Assembly: GCF_006345805.1 (NCBI RefSeq)
Contig: NC_043000.1
Location: 120,652,001-120,716,000 of the forward strand
DNA from: Octopus sinensis
Taxonomy: Eukaryota
Length of the DNA: 64,000 nt
Direction of reading: 5' to 3'
Part shown: piece after piece, positions 51,061 to 64,000 of the stretch
Position numbering within the stretch: position 1 is the stretch's first letter
How the letters are laid out: each line of letters begins with the position of its first letter
The notes under the pieces: model-generated
Seen by the model: only the letters and a program-made list of their open reading frames with translations
Told to the model about the DNA's origin: nothing
Databases searched by the model: none
Translations under genes and position numbers: made by a program

Positions 51061-51527
51061 GTAGGTTTATTTTGATGTTTTTATATTAACCCGAATCTTG
51101 AAATACATTTTTAGTCTATAGTTTCATTGTTCTCTAATTACACGCGCGTGGGCACATACATATCCTTATATTCAGAGACACACATAACGCATAGACACAT
51201 GTGTTAGGTGTCTAAATGAGCTTCGATATGCATCTGTGTGTTTGTATGCATATACACACGCAAGTCTATCTGTCTATACATATACTAATACATGCATACA
51301 TACATACATATATACATACATACATAAATACATACATACATACATACATATATTAGCCACTACACACATTTTTTCTCTCCTTTTTTCTTCTTTGTGTCAC
51401 TTTCTGTAAAAGAGCGTAGGGCTCGAAATGTAAAAGACTTTATCTATTTCTCAGCGTTATACTAATACATCTGTTTGTTTTGTACACCACCTCTCTTCGT
51501 CTTTTGTTTTTTATCGTGAACTCTCCA

Positions 51528-51561
<34 letters not shown>

Positions 51562-51569
51562 CTCTCTTT

Positions 51570-51950
51570 TTACTCTTTTACTTGTTTCAGTCATTTGACT
51601 GCGGCCATGCTGGAGCACCGCTTTTAGTCGAACAAATCGACCCCAGGACCTATTCTTTGTAAGCCTAGTACTTATTCTATCGTTCGCGTTTGCCGAACCG
51701 CTAAGTTACGGGGACGTAAACACACCAACATCGGTTGTCAAGCGATGTTGGGGCACAAACACAGACACACAAACATATACACACACATACATATATATGA
51801 CGGGCTTCTTTCAGTTTCCGTCTATCATATCCACTCACAAGACTTTGGTGGGCCCGAGGCTATAGTAGAAGACACTCACCCAAGATGCCACACAGTGGGA
51901 CTGAACCCAGAACCATGTGGTCGGTGATCAAGCTACTTACCACACAGCCA
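51570..51950 (-). mobile_element. Family B SINE
   Basis: Family match. Confidence 0.85.
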
Positions 51951-53191
51951 CACACACACACGTACACACACACTATATATATATATATGCATATATATAC
52001 ATATGCATGTATATATATATGTAATTGCTTGTCAGACAGTGGTAGCATGTGTTCGATCGGTTAAAGTAATTTGTGGTGGGTTTGAAGAAAAAATGGTTTC
52101 CTGATGTAGTGAGTTACGTGGCAGGCATAAGGCCAGCAATCGTTTTGAGAGGAAGGATCAGTTCTAGACTGCTACTTCGTTTTAAGATCTCAGAGGAATG
52201 AAGGGCAAAGCTGAGCTTGGATGGATTTGAACTCAGAAAATAGCGAGTAAGGAGAAATACTAGTGGGAAAACTTTCCTGCTCTCAAATGAGTTTCGCTAC
52301 GTTTTCAAACAAACCCTGTATGGAACAATCAGAAGAACGTACGCGTTGTTTCTTTCAGAATTAAATACATATATTTGTGGCTGCTCTTAAAAATATTTTG
52401 GGAAAACTTATGCAATTTTTTCTCGATTCCATTCTCAGACAGCATTTTGGTCCAAAATATAACCGCTTTATACATCATTAACCATTAAGTGGACATGATA
52501 TTGTTTTTTTGAAATTACATCGTAATGGCGTTATACTTGTTCGCCGGTTTTGTAATATATCTTATTGGTTTTTGTTACAAGGAATTCTGCCATAAAACGG
52601 TATCTGACTTCTTATACGCTGTTTCTGAAACAGTTCGTAGTATTTACATTTCGTATGAAACATTTTCCGATTAATATTAGAAATATATTGTTTATTCCAT
52701 CGTCAGATTCCATAATCTGTTGTCAGATTTTATATCCTTGCTTGAAGCTGGATTCAACTAAGAAATTTTCCCTTTCCTTAATTTGTCATTCTGTGACCAG
52801 TGTTAAGCCATATATGTTTCAGTGACTCGTGAAATTCTCTTTATCTCAGTGTAACCTTTTTGACCATATGAAGCAGGATCACGTGCACGCTCATACATGT
52901 CTATCTATCTAAATGTAATTATCTGAGAGTTTTACAAATTTCTTTTTATGGCTTCAGATTTCGGTAAAAGTTCACCAATATTGATAGAGAGGAGGTTTTT
53001 GACGACACCGTTTTTCAAGTATTTCGCTGGAACTCTACGTTATCGAACCACCTGAAGAAATGAAAGGCAAATTTGATTTGAACTCAAGACATAGCGAGCC
53101 GGAAGAAATACTTCAGAGTATTTTCCAACGCTCTAACGTTTCTACCAACACGCCACGTAAACATTTTCACTTATATTAAAAAGTATTTGAG

Positions 53192-53522
53192 AAGGCGCAT
53201 GGCTCAGTGGTTAGAGCGTGGAACTTACGACCGTGAGGTTGTGAGTTCGAATCCCGGACCGGGCTGCGTGTTGTGTTCTTGAGCAAGACACTTTATTTCA
53301 CGTTGCTCCAGTTTACTCAGCTGCAGAAATGAGTTGCGATGTCACAGGTGCCAAGCTGTATCGATCTTCGCCTTTCCTTTGGATAACATCGGTGGTGTGG
53401 AGAGGGGTGGCTGGTATGCATGGGCGACTGCTGGTCTTCCATAAACAACCTTGCCCAGACTTGTGCTTCGGAGGGTAACTTTCTAGGTGCAATCCCATGG
53501 TCAGTCATGACCGAAGGGGGTC
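53192..53522 (+). mobile_element. tRNA-derived SINE, family D, full length
   Basis: ggcgcatggctcagtggttagagcg A box, gttcgaatccc B box and catgaccgaagggggtc tail. Confidence 0.85.
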
Positions 53523-54119
53523 TTAAGGGGGACGTTTCCATTTAGTCTTTGCTATGAATACTTGAAACTTATTTAGGATTTCATGAAATCTGGAAGTGGT
53601 GAAAACATGAGACCGCATTTAGTTAGAAAACTAAATGTTTTAACGCATTTAGTTTTCTAACTCCGAGTACACTGAATTCAAACATTAAGGATGTTGGCTT
53701 CGGTTTCATAACTTCCGTAATGTCGTTGTAACATTGCACCCTACTTTCCCGAAAAATAAGCCAATAATATATTGTTTAACAGAAAACTTTGTTTCTTGCC
53801 AGTCTTGTTTTCTAACCAATGCTTCATTGTGAAATATCATAGGCCACTACATTACATTGCTGGGTAAAATTTGCATAATGTTATGTATCAGCAATTAATT
53901 GTCTTATACAAACGTTACAATCAGTTATATTCTAGAAAAAAAGGTGAAAACCTTGTGCGTCGAGCCTACGACTTAATGAACGTTCATTTTCCTCTTCTAA
54001 ATACCTAATTGAAAGTGTATCGTTTTTCATGGTCTATGTCAGTTTTAATTGAACGAGAGAAGATCTATGATCAAAGGCGATCCAACTGAAACTATCATAT
54101 TTTAAATGATATCTTGTAG

Positions 54120-54745
54120 CTCTCCGTCGGCTGCGGCGACGAGGGTTCTAGTTGATTCGATCAACAGAACAGCCTGCTCGTAGAATTAACGTGTAAGTGG
54201 CTGAGCAATCAACAGACACATTTACCCTTAGCGTAGTTCTCGTAGTATTTACATTTCGTATGAAACATTTTCCGATAAATATTAGAAATCTATTGTCTAT
54301 TCCATCGCCAGATTCCATAATCTGTTGTCAGATTTTATATCCTTGCTTGAAGCTGGATTGAACTAAGAAATTTTCCCTTTCCTTAATTTGTCATTCTGTG
54401 ACCAGTGTTAAGCCATATATATTTCAGTGACTCGTGAAATTCTCTTTATCTCAGTGTAACCTTTTTGACCATATGAAGCAGGATCAAGTGCACGCTCATA
54501 CATGTCTATCTAACTAAATGTAGTTATCTCCACGCCACCAAATGTAAATAATACAGGTACAAGAGAAACATGAAGAAAAAGTGACAGAAGGTTTTGGTGA
54601 AAGAATACAGCAGGGTTCGCCAAATCGTGGAGATTTAAGTGTTTTCGCTCAATAAACACTCCCAACGCCCGGTCTGGGAATCGAAACCGCGATCCTATGA
54701 CCGCAACTCCACTGCATAACCACTCTGCCATTGCGCCTCCACGCC
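54120..54745 (-). mobile_element. Family C SINE split by a ~290-bp copy of 52635-52924
   Basis: SINE 3' part at 54120-54245 and 5' part at 54530-54745; the intervening sequence nearly matches 52635-52924. Confidence 0.75.
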
Positions 54746-55391
54746 TTGTTTAATTAATAAAAAGGTGCCCATATAGCATCTTTACAATTTCCACAACTGG
54801 TCGGCACCAATGCTTAGTGCAAACATTGGAATCGATGTGCCAGTGTTTTGATGCTTGTATTAAAACTTTATTTATTTCTCTATATTAAGTTACCCCTGTG
54901 TATTATAGTTTTTCTAAAAGTTTTCAAATTGTAAATGTATTTTATGGACACGCTGCACACACACACACACACCACACACACACACACACATACATACATA
55001 CACACATGCATACACACACGCACACACATACACACATGCACACACACATACACATACACACACATACACATACACACACACGCATATAGATAAAAGCGTT
55101 TGGTTTAGTTGTAGGGGTGTTGCATCTTAGAATGTTAGATCGTAGGTTCGATTCTAGGACTGGGCAGCAAGTTGTATTCTTGCGCAAAACATTTCACGTT
55201 GGCCCTGTCCACTCAGATGTGAATGTGTAACTCTGCGGCGGAATAGCCAGCTCACCTAGCCAGCAGGATGGCATCATTAGAAGCCTAAAACAAAGGGAAG
55301 TGCATTGTGGCCAGTGATGTGTAACAACATCCGTTTGTCTGGTCAATACCGTGTAACTGTGTTATATATATATATATATACATACATGTTA

Positions 55392-55776
55392 CAGATAAGG
55401 AAATAATTTTATTCTCAAATGTAGGATAATGCTAATAACAGGATATACTATCCATATTTTGCAGAAAAATCTGTTGGTGGTCAGCCATGGGACTCGAACT
55501 CACATCCTCGTGATTACGCATGAAGTGCTTTACCATTAAGCTAAACTGCCCCCAACGACAAATTCTTCTGCAAATTTAGGACATATAAGACTAGCTTTAT
55601 AAGACGCTATCCTACGCTTAACGGTAAAGAAGATGATGCGTAATCACACGGATGTGAGTTCGAGTCTCATGGATGGCCGCCCACAGATTTTTCTGCAAAA
55701 TATGGATAATTTATCCTGTTCCTGCTATATTATTCGTATTATCCGGCGTTTGCGAATAAAATTATTTCCTTATCTG
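55392..55776. mobile_element. MITE with long imperfect TIRs, CAG termini and TA TSD (Tc1/mariner type)
   Basis: ta|cagataaggaaataattttattc ... gaataaaattatttccttatctg|ta; arm similarity extends ~130 bp. Confidence 0.75.
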
Positions 55777-55861
55777 TATCTTTCAATACATCTCAACGTT
55801 TCTTAAGCAAACTTTGTATGTTGACTTTCAATGTAAGTTTAATTTAACATACATATATATA

Positions 55862-55897
<36 letters not shown>

Positions 55898-55962
55898 AGG
55901 CGAGGGTCCAGCATGGCGGCAGCCAAATGACTTTAACAAGTAAATGAAAAAAGAACAAATAT

Positions 55963-55995
<33 letters not shown>

Positions 55996-56079
55996 CCACA
56001 CAGAAAATGTCAGTCCTCAGTAACAAGTAAAAAGAAAAAAAGAACAAATATATATGTATATCTATATATATATATGTAG

Positions 56080-56130
<51 letters not shown>

Positions 56131-56215
56131 CTTTATTTAAAGCAGCAGAATTACTCTACCACTGGTATTTGAGTACTCTTTTTTCCACCTTGTTTCACAT
56201 TTATGTGTTTACTCC

Positions 56216-56254
<39 letters not shown>

Positions 56255-56734
56255 TCAGGAAAATTTCAGTCCGCACTAAGTGTGACGTAGGATGCGGGAG
56301 CACCTACATTGCCAGAAATAAGAGTTAAATCACTCTTAATGCTGTAGGAGGTGCCCATAGGATATAGACATACTGATTACTGATTTTTTTCCCTTTATCG
56401 AAACCCTATTTCTCTCTTCCCGATAAAGTAAAACAACTGCAGATGGCAGCTGCAGCGGACATCAATCACATATCACATATATGTATGTTGAATAATGGTC
56501 GAAATAGTGTGGCGAGCTGGCAGAAACGTTAGCACGCCGGGTGAAATGCTTAGATGTATTTCGTCCGTCTTTACGAACTGAGTTTGAACTTTGCCTTTTA
56601 TCTTTTCGGGGTCGATAAACTAAGTATCCCTCCCGCCAAAATTCGGAGTTGTGCCTAGAATAGAAAAAATAATGGTCGAAATCTGTATGTAACACAATAA
56701 ATTCATGGTAATATGCCATGGCTAGATGTGACAT

Positions 56735-57145
56735 CTATTCTTTTACTTGTTTCAGTCATTTGACTGCGGCCATGCTGGAGCACCGCCTTTAGTCGAGCAA
56801 ATCGAACCCAGGACTTATTCTTTGTTAGCCTAATACTTATTCTATCGGTCTGTTTTGCCGAACCGCTAAGTTACAGGGACGTGAACACACCAGCAACGGT
56901 TGTCAAGCGATGTTGGGGGGACAAACACAGACACACAAACGTATACACACACATACATATATATAGATATATATACATATATACGACGGGCTTCTTTCAG
57001 TTTCCGTCTACCAAATCCACTCACAGGGCTTTGGTCGACCCGAGGCCATAGAAGACACTTGCCCAAGGTGCCACGCAGTTGGACTGGACCCAGAACCATG
57101 TGGTTCGTAAGCGAGCTACTTACCACACAGCTACTCCTACGCCTA
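56735..57145 (-). mobile_element. Family B SINE, full length
   Basis: Family match. Confidence 0.88.
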
Positions 57146-57948
57146 TGGAAACTAATCCGAAATCATCCCCATGTGATAAACAGCATAGGAAACACGACCA
57201 AAGATCCTAGATTCACACCCGAGCAGAACGAAAATGGGCTCATATGTCGTTTGTAGAGGAAACGGTAAGCGTATCTACATAAAGAACTAACAAAGAATGC
57301 GGACATGCACAAGAAAGAAAGAAAGAAAGAAAGAAAGAACAATGATAAATGAGAGAAATAAAATAAAACGTTTGAATGACTCCCAGAACGAAATCTTAAG
57401 CACGTAAGAGACTTCCTATCAATCAAAATATCCTCCACTGTTAGAGATAAAAGAAATATAAAATATCGACCGTACTCAGTATAATGTTAATGGTAATCTC
57501 AATTGTAAGTGACTCAAGGGCTTTTAATGACCCCACCCTTCTATCACAACTTTTTTCTACCATTTAAAAAAACAAAACAAAAATAAACAGAAGAATAAAG
57601 TCGATCATCTATATAATTTCTAAATGTTATATATGACCATGTAGTTTAATCCCAAGTTGCGATGCATTGATAACTTCCGATATTGGAGTGAAATAAATTT
57701 AAATTTATCTGCATCTACTTGCACAACAAAAATAAAAATAAATAAGAGTGAATTATATAGAAACATACTAACATAAGTATATATATATATAAATACTCTC
57801 TCTCAGAAATTCTCTCCCCTTGATGGAAATTTGTCCATCCCCCTACTTTTATTTCTTAGCAAACCCCATTTCTCTCTGATTCTTAAACTAAAACAACCGC
57901 AGATGGCAGCAAGCCAGTCACCACTCCTATATATACATCTACACACAC

Positions 57949-58027
<79 letters not shown>

Positions 58028-58031
58028 TTTA

Positions 58032-58650
58032 TTTATAAGTAAGGGCAAAAGAAAAAATTTCTAATGCCAGAATAGACATAACGTCAATAACCATGTAATT
58101 TATCACTACAAGCACGCGTTTCAAAGAAAGCCGACAGAAATTTCTAAAAAATCCCGTTATTACCATATGGGACCCGATTTCAGGGTTAGTTCATAAGAAC
58201 CTTCCCTTCATCAGTGATAAATGCGGCAAAGAAATATGTGAAATACTTACTCATACCCATGGAAGAAATGAACAATAAGTCATGACCACAATTAAGTACC
58301 CCAAATATATCCAAAATAGAAACTCTCTAGCCCATCTCGAGACACGTGCGATTCGAACTGAAAAACTCTCCTAAAGTGAGAGAGTCCGGAAGTGAATGCT
58401 ATTAAATTAACATCTAATGTAGGATAAAATGTTTTCGAAAAATATTCTTTCAATGGCCAGCATATTAAAAAATACCTTTAAATGTTAACTTTATAAACAA
58501 TTTATAAGTAAGGGCAAAAGAAAAAAATTCTACAGAAATTTTCTCTTTTGCCCTTACTTGTAAATTGTTTATAAATTTAACCTTTAAAGGCATTTTTTAA
58601 TATGCTGGCCATTGATAGAAAATTTTTCGAAAAATTTTATCCTACATTAG

Positions 58651-58651
<1 letters not shown>
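58032..58651 (-). mobile_element. Hammerhead-bearing unit (469-bp period) with a ~115-bp 5' inversion
   Basis: tttataagtaagggcaaaagaaaaaatt occurs at 58032 and 58501. 58540-58651 is the reverse complement of ~58414-58526. (TA)n on both flanks. Confidence 0.7.
58160..58220 (-). ncRNA. Type I hammerhead ribozyme motif
   Basis: Minus strand: ttatca-CTGATGA-aggg...ccct-GAAA-tcgggtccca-TA-tggtaa; stem I has one G.U pair and stem III is imperfect. Confidence 0.7.
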
Positions 58652-58688
<37 letters not shown>

Positions 58689-58837
58689 CAAAATAAGCAA
58701 CAGGATATCCAGAGGTGATGCAATACGATCGTTTCAAGCGACTCCATTTAACTGAACAATGCAATCATTACATCAATTTAAAATGCAGAGCTATCCTCAG
58801 ATTTAATATATAATCTTGCTCACACACACACACACAC

Positions 58838-58922
<85 letters not shown>

Positions 58923-59733
58923 AATCTATACAATAAAGAGTTTGAAGGGTTTAGTTCACTGATGATCTGAACCAATAGATACGCTGCGTAAGTGATATAC
59001 CTGGTCATCCTTTAAGTTCAAAGTTCAGAGCTGAGGCTGCAGCTATAGATCCGTAGCAGGCTTCCAAGTTGGCAGTTATGTATTAAAGGAAATGGAAAGA
59101 ACCAAGGAATCTAGGGTCATTTAGAATATTTAATTTTTCACCTTTAATATATATCTATTATTTAAAATCCGTTCTGTCTGTCCGTCTTTGTGTCTTCTAG
59201 GATCTAGGCCATCCTCCATCCAACTGCGTTCAAATTTGATATGTAGATACCGACGGTATTAGGGCGTGTATAAGTCTTGAAAAAATTACAAAAATCGATT
59301 CCAGGTGAGAATGCGATCGATAAAGCCGTTTTTGTCCTGCTTTTCTTCCGTCAACCTGTACATAACTGTATCTTCCATTTTTTATTGTTTTTGCACTGCT
59401 TAAAGGCACGTTTCTTTCCTGCCAAGCTTACTATTTAAACCATGTTTGTGTTCTCCAAGTCAAGAGCCTTATCATTACTGATACTTTAAACTCTTCGGTT
59501 GCATATTTGTGTGAATAAAATCGTTTTTCTTTGGGTCTATCTTTATTTTTTTATTTTGCTGGTGTCTCAAATTTAGGTTAAATCAGTGTTTCTCAAAGGG
59601 GAGGCCTATGGGACGGTCGGTTGTTTTGAGAAAATTTGGTTTAAATGTTTGACAACTCAGCACCGTCCATTGGACGGGGGGCGTCTTGCTCTTATACACA
59701 CACACACATATATATAAATATATATATATATAT

Positions 59734-59778
<45 letters not shown>

Positions 59779-60099
59779 TATGAGAAGTTTCCGTGAGAGT
59801 ATGCGTTCTGAGTGCGCAAATAGGTACCTCACTAAAATTATGGTTTGAACTGCAGTTGAAGATGTGATTTTGTGATTGCCTTTCTAGAGGTGGCTTTCAC
59901 TGTTACATATGTTTAACCTATCACTCTCCAATGACGGTTACTCAGCCTATGGAATACTCGCTCGATATGATGTTCCAATAGCTGAGATTTTCTAGAAGCA
60001 GCTGTCAGATATTGTCTAAACCTTTTATTATCTAGCTAAATTAAATTAAATGTCCTAGTCAAGCATTGCCAAACTGTTTGCCATTTCTTTTCTGCTCTA

Positions 60100-60184
<85 letters not shown>

Positions 60185-60314
60185 CTATCTATCTATCTAT
60201 CTATTATCTATCTATCTGTCGATCTATATATTTATTATCTATCTATTTATCTCTATTTATTATCTATCTATCTATCTATCTATCTATTACCTACCGATAT
60301 ATCTCTGTCTAATA

Positions 60315-60351
<37 letters not shown>

Positions 60352-61860
60352 CATATGAAAGTTTATAGAGATCATATTTCTCGTAAAGGCCTTTGTGTAA
60401 ACATCTGCGATATTACACCTATATATGTAAAAACCGTATTTCAATCACTTAATCTTTCAATTTTTTTAACCCTTCCTATTCGCTTCTATTCATTTGTATT
60501 GGCTGCAGACATTATATATCTCTATCGACAGATGCTGAAGAACAAAGTAAAGAGTTACATTGTTACGATATCACTTTACTATAGCTGACACATAATGTTG
60601 TCAAAGATTATCTCAGAACAGGTTATTCCGAGGTTAAATTGGGCAGATAGATATAAGGTATTTATAAATTAATACAATATTGCTATTACGAACTTTACAA
60701 AACACACGGTCAGCTTAGGTTAGGTTTAACTGGACATCGCACTATTGCTCATACGTGCAGACACCGGACAAGACAGCTATCTGGACGTAAGATCAGAAGA
60801 TTTATTTTCAAATTATGTTTTCTCTAGATACATTAAGCTAATAGCATTCATGTGTACAAGAACTATTGCCGTTATTTGCTAATGAAATACTCCTGTGTAT
60901 ACTTTCATTCAACTGATGCAAACATACACATTTAAAGCAACAGTATACAAACATAGACAAACATTCAAACATAGATACAACACAGCCATACGAAGATACA
61001 TGACTACATACACACATGTCTACAAGGTGACATAAACACATACACGTATGTACAGACATACGAATAAAAGTCATACAGACAAGAACAAAAATGTACATGC
61101 ATGTGCAAAACAGATATATACATAATATATACTTACGCATAATCACACATTAGGCGCTCTATAACATATTTGCAAGTGTGTGTATGTATTAATGTGTTTG
61201 TATAAACATATATACAGATATTTACAATGTTTGGATATATATGTGTATATATAGATATACATATAGACATACATATACATATACACATATATATATATAT
61301 ACATATGTAGATATACACACATACATATATATACACATACGTACATATATACGCATGTATTTGTGTATATATATATATATATATATATAAATATATGTAT
61401 GTATGTATGCATATATATAAATATATATATATATATAAATATATAATAATAATATTAGGGAATAAATCCAAACTTACAGGGAAAAATGAGATTTGGGATT
61501 AAATCCATTTGTATATATATATAAAATTTATAAGTTTAAATTATTTAAATAATTTTTCATTTTTAACTTTTAAATTTTAAATTAATTTTATGTATTGGCT
61601 TATGTTTTTCACTGCTTGATTTGCCTAATAGTGGTTTTATCTCTAATTTAATATTATATAAATATATATATATATATATATATACACACAGAAAGATGAA
61701 CTTATGAGCATGCGCGAATACATATATCAATATAAATGTTTATGCATAAATAGGCCTAAGAATGTTCTGTCTGTCTGTCTGTCTGTCTGTCTTTTTATAT
61801 CTTAATATATCTCTCTCTCTTTCTCTCTCTCTCTCTCTATATATATATTATATATATATC

Positions 61861-61895
<35 letters not shown>

Positions 61896-61919
61896 GGAAG
61901 CAGAGCAGATGCTAAAACT

Positions 61920-62750
61920 ATAGGCTTATCTCGTTGACTTCACACCTCAGCAAAGTTATGTAGGAATAGTCCGAAGTAAACTAAATGCATACCTTGAAGA
62001 GGATGGTTTGCTATTTGGCACCCAGCATAGTTTTCGACCAGGTAGAAGCTGCCTGGCTCATCTCTTGCAGCACTCTGATTGGGTGTTAAAGCCGCTGCTC
62101 AATAATTCAAATGTAGTCGTGATATATTTCGACTTTGCTAATGGCTTTGGTAAGGTCGACCATGGTAAGATATGTCACATGATTGGTTATCTTGGCATAC
62201 TCGAAAAACTTCGAGAATAGCTTTATAGCTTTTCTAAAAGATGAAGTCAATTGGCCTCCTCCAAGGAAAAGAAATAATAAATGATATTCCAGAGGGCACT
62301 GTCTTGGGGCCACTACTATTCATACTCTCAGACATGCCCTCAGTTGCTCAGATAATCACCGTTGCTTATGCAGATGACACAAAAGTCTCTCAGAGAACAC
62401 AGGATCTATTTCTTTACTACCAATAAAGGGCTAAACACAGAGTTGACAAACAAGGACAGACAAAGGGATTAAGTCGATTATATCGACCCCAGTGCGTGAC
62501 TGGTACTTAATTTATCGACCGCGAAAGCATGAAAGACAAAGTCGACCTCGGTGGAATTTGAACTCAGAACGTAACAGCAGACGAAATACGGCTACGCATT
62601 TCGCCTGGCGTGCTAACGATTCTGCCAGATCGCCGCCTAGAGATCCTAGAGACGTTGTGCGTCTGCAACAGAAGTTGGTCGCAATATAGAGGTGGGCTGA
62701 GGAAAATAATGTACAATCAAATGGAGAATCGTTGAATAAGCTATGCCATA
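61920..62750 (+). mobile_element. Old CR1/L2-type RT fragment interrupted by a family A SINE
   Basis: QHSFRPGRSCL, IYFDFANGFGKVDH, IPEGTVLGPLLF, YADDTK; it resumes after the SINE as DVVRLQQKL..I.RWAEENN. Confidence 0.8.
62409..62637 (-). mobile_element. Tailed family A SINE inside the CR1 fragment
   Basis: Family match including the gtagtaaagaaata tail. Confidence 0.85.
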
Positions 62751-63184
62751 TGGTCTCAGACACGCAAATTATGCATCACTGAAAGATCGCACATTCTTTT
62801 TAGATCCATGAATTCCACCGCACTCCTTAATTCCAGATCGGAAATTTTCAGTAACTGCAAGTATATAGACAAATTGCTTCGTCGAACTGGATTATATAAT
62901 TCTCCATCCTCTGCGAACTGAGCACCTGTCACGCAGAACTTGGACTCATATACGTTGAATTATTCAACTCCAGCTAATTTAATTATGATTTCCTCGGGAA
63001 AAGGGGATGTGGCTCTAATTTATTTCTGTTCTTTCCCTGCGTTTTTCAATTTTTAATCACTCTTTGTCTTCTGATTCGAATTTTTGCATCAACACTCATC
63101 TAGCTTTTTCTTGCGGGTCCTCATGTACAACCATTCTATTTTTCAAATAGAACTAACCATGTTCCCAGAGCCCCAAAACTCTTC

Positions 63185-63560
63185 TTGACAAAGCTTCCCA
63201 ACCACATGGTTCCGCGTTCAGTCCCACTGCGTGCCACCTTGGGCAAGTGTCTTCTACTATAGCCTCAAGTCGACCAAAGTCTTGTGAGTTGATTTGATTT
63301 GATAGGCGGAAACTGAAAGAAGCCAATCGTATATACATATATATATGTATGAATATATCTGCGTTTGTCATCCCAGTATCGCTTGACAACTGATATTGGT
63401 CTGTTTACGTTTCCATAACTTAACGGTTCGGCAAACGATACCGAAAGAATAAGTATTAGGCTTACAAAGAATTAGTCCTGGGATCGATTTGTTCCACTAA
63501 AGGCGATGATCCAGCATGGCCACAGTGAAATTACTGAAACACAAGTACAAGAATAAAGGA
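63185..63560 (+). mobile_element. Family B SINE
   Basis: Family match. Confidence 0.8.
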
Positions 63561-63578
63561 ATAAAAGAATATATAATA

Positions 63579-63640
<62 letters not shown>

Positions 63641-63658
63641 TGTGTATATATATATATG

Positions 63659-63691
<33 letters not shown>

Positions 63692-63718
63692 CTATCTATC
63701 TATCTGTCTGACTATCTA

Positions 63719-63774
<56 letters not shown>

Positions 63775-64000
63775 AATTGCAAACGTACAAATATCAGTGT
63801 GTGCTTAACTATTGATCTCATGAGAATAACACAGACGTCAACTGAAAGCCAACACAATGTGAAAGAAATGTGTACTTTTGAGAAAGTACTTAAGCAAAGA
63901 AAAATATAGGGACTAAACTTGTAAATATTTAATATATATATTGAATTTGATATCATAGTAAATTAGATGAATTCGCATGAAGATTACTTTCATTTTCTAA

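Noticed and set aside
52640-52715. Minus-strand CTGACGA...CGAAA candidate
   Set aside because: Stem I strands are not complementary, and the duplicate at 54.3 kb lacks the core.
58950-59040. ctgatga...ctga segment as a C/D snoRNA or hammerhead
   Set aside because: tctgaac/gttcaga can pair, but no GAAA follows, so it is not a hammerhead. Box C is imperfect, there is no terminal stem, and I could not assign a guide target.
62760-62925. ~55-codon open frames on both strands after the CR1 fragment
   Set aside because: No homology recognised and no convincing donor site.
4100-63960. Numerous long ORFs rich in Ile/Tyr, His/Thr, Val/Cys, Ser/Leu/Pro or Asn
   Set aside because: They are translations of TA, CA, CATA, TATC, TAA and CT microsatellites, which lack stops in some frames.

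Overview
AT-rich, microsatellite-laden eukaryotic DNA. The SINE families and repeat style point to an octopod cephalopod (Octopus sp.); this is an inference from pattern recognition, not a database hit. The window is mostly intronic or intergenic, no complete host gene is recognisable, and there is a 100-N gap at 26985-27084. Real coding signal is retrotransposon-derived: a decayed R4/Dong-clade element (1-~3030, minus) with stacked 3' ends of relatives in (TAA)n; two CR1/L2-type fragments; a near full-length Tx1-clade LINE (36673-42021); and a 3' fragment of a second Tx1 subfamily inside (TATC)n. Dozens of tRNA-derived SINEs, a Tc1/mariner-type MITE and a Helitron-like element are also present. 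Two systems stand out. (1) Several unrelated non-coding ~470-535 bp units bordered by (TA)n each carry a type I hammerhead ribozyme motif, with partial tandem duplication and 5' inversions; these look like Penelope-type mini-elements or retrozymes, and in one array the 5' end falls at the predicted self-cleavage site. (2) A Tx1 LINE/SINE partnership: the LINE sits in a SINE with a 16-bp TSD, the SINE carries the LINE's 3' tail, and SINE copies recur at the same internal site as head-to-tail arrays. A few short candidate host exons on the plus strand are listed at low confidence. Most ORFs in the supplied track are microsatellite artefacts.
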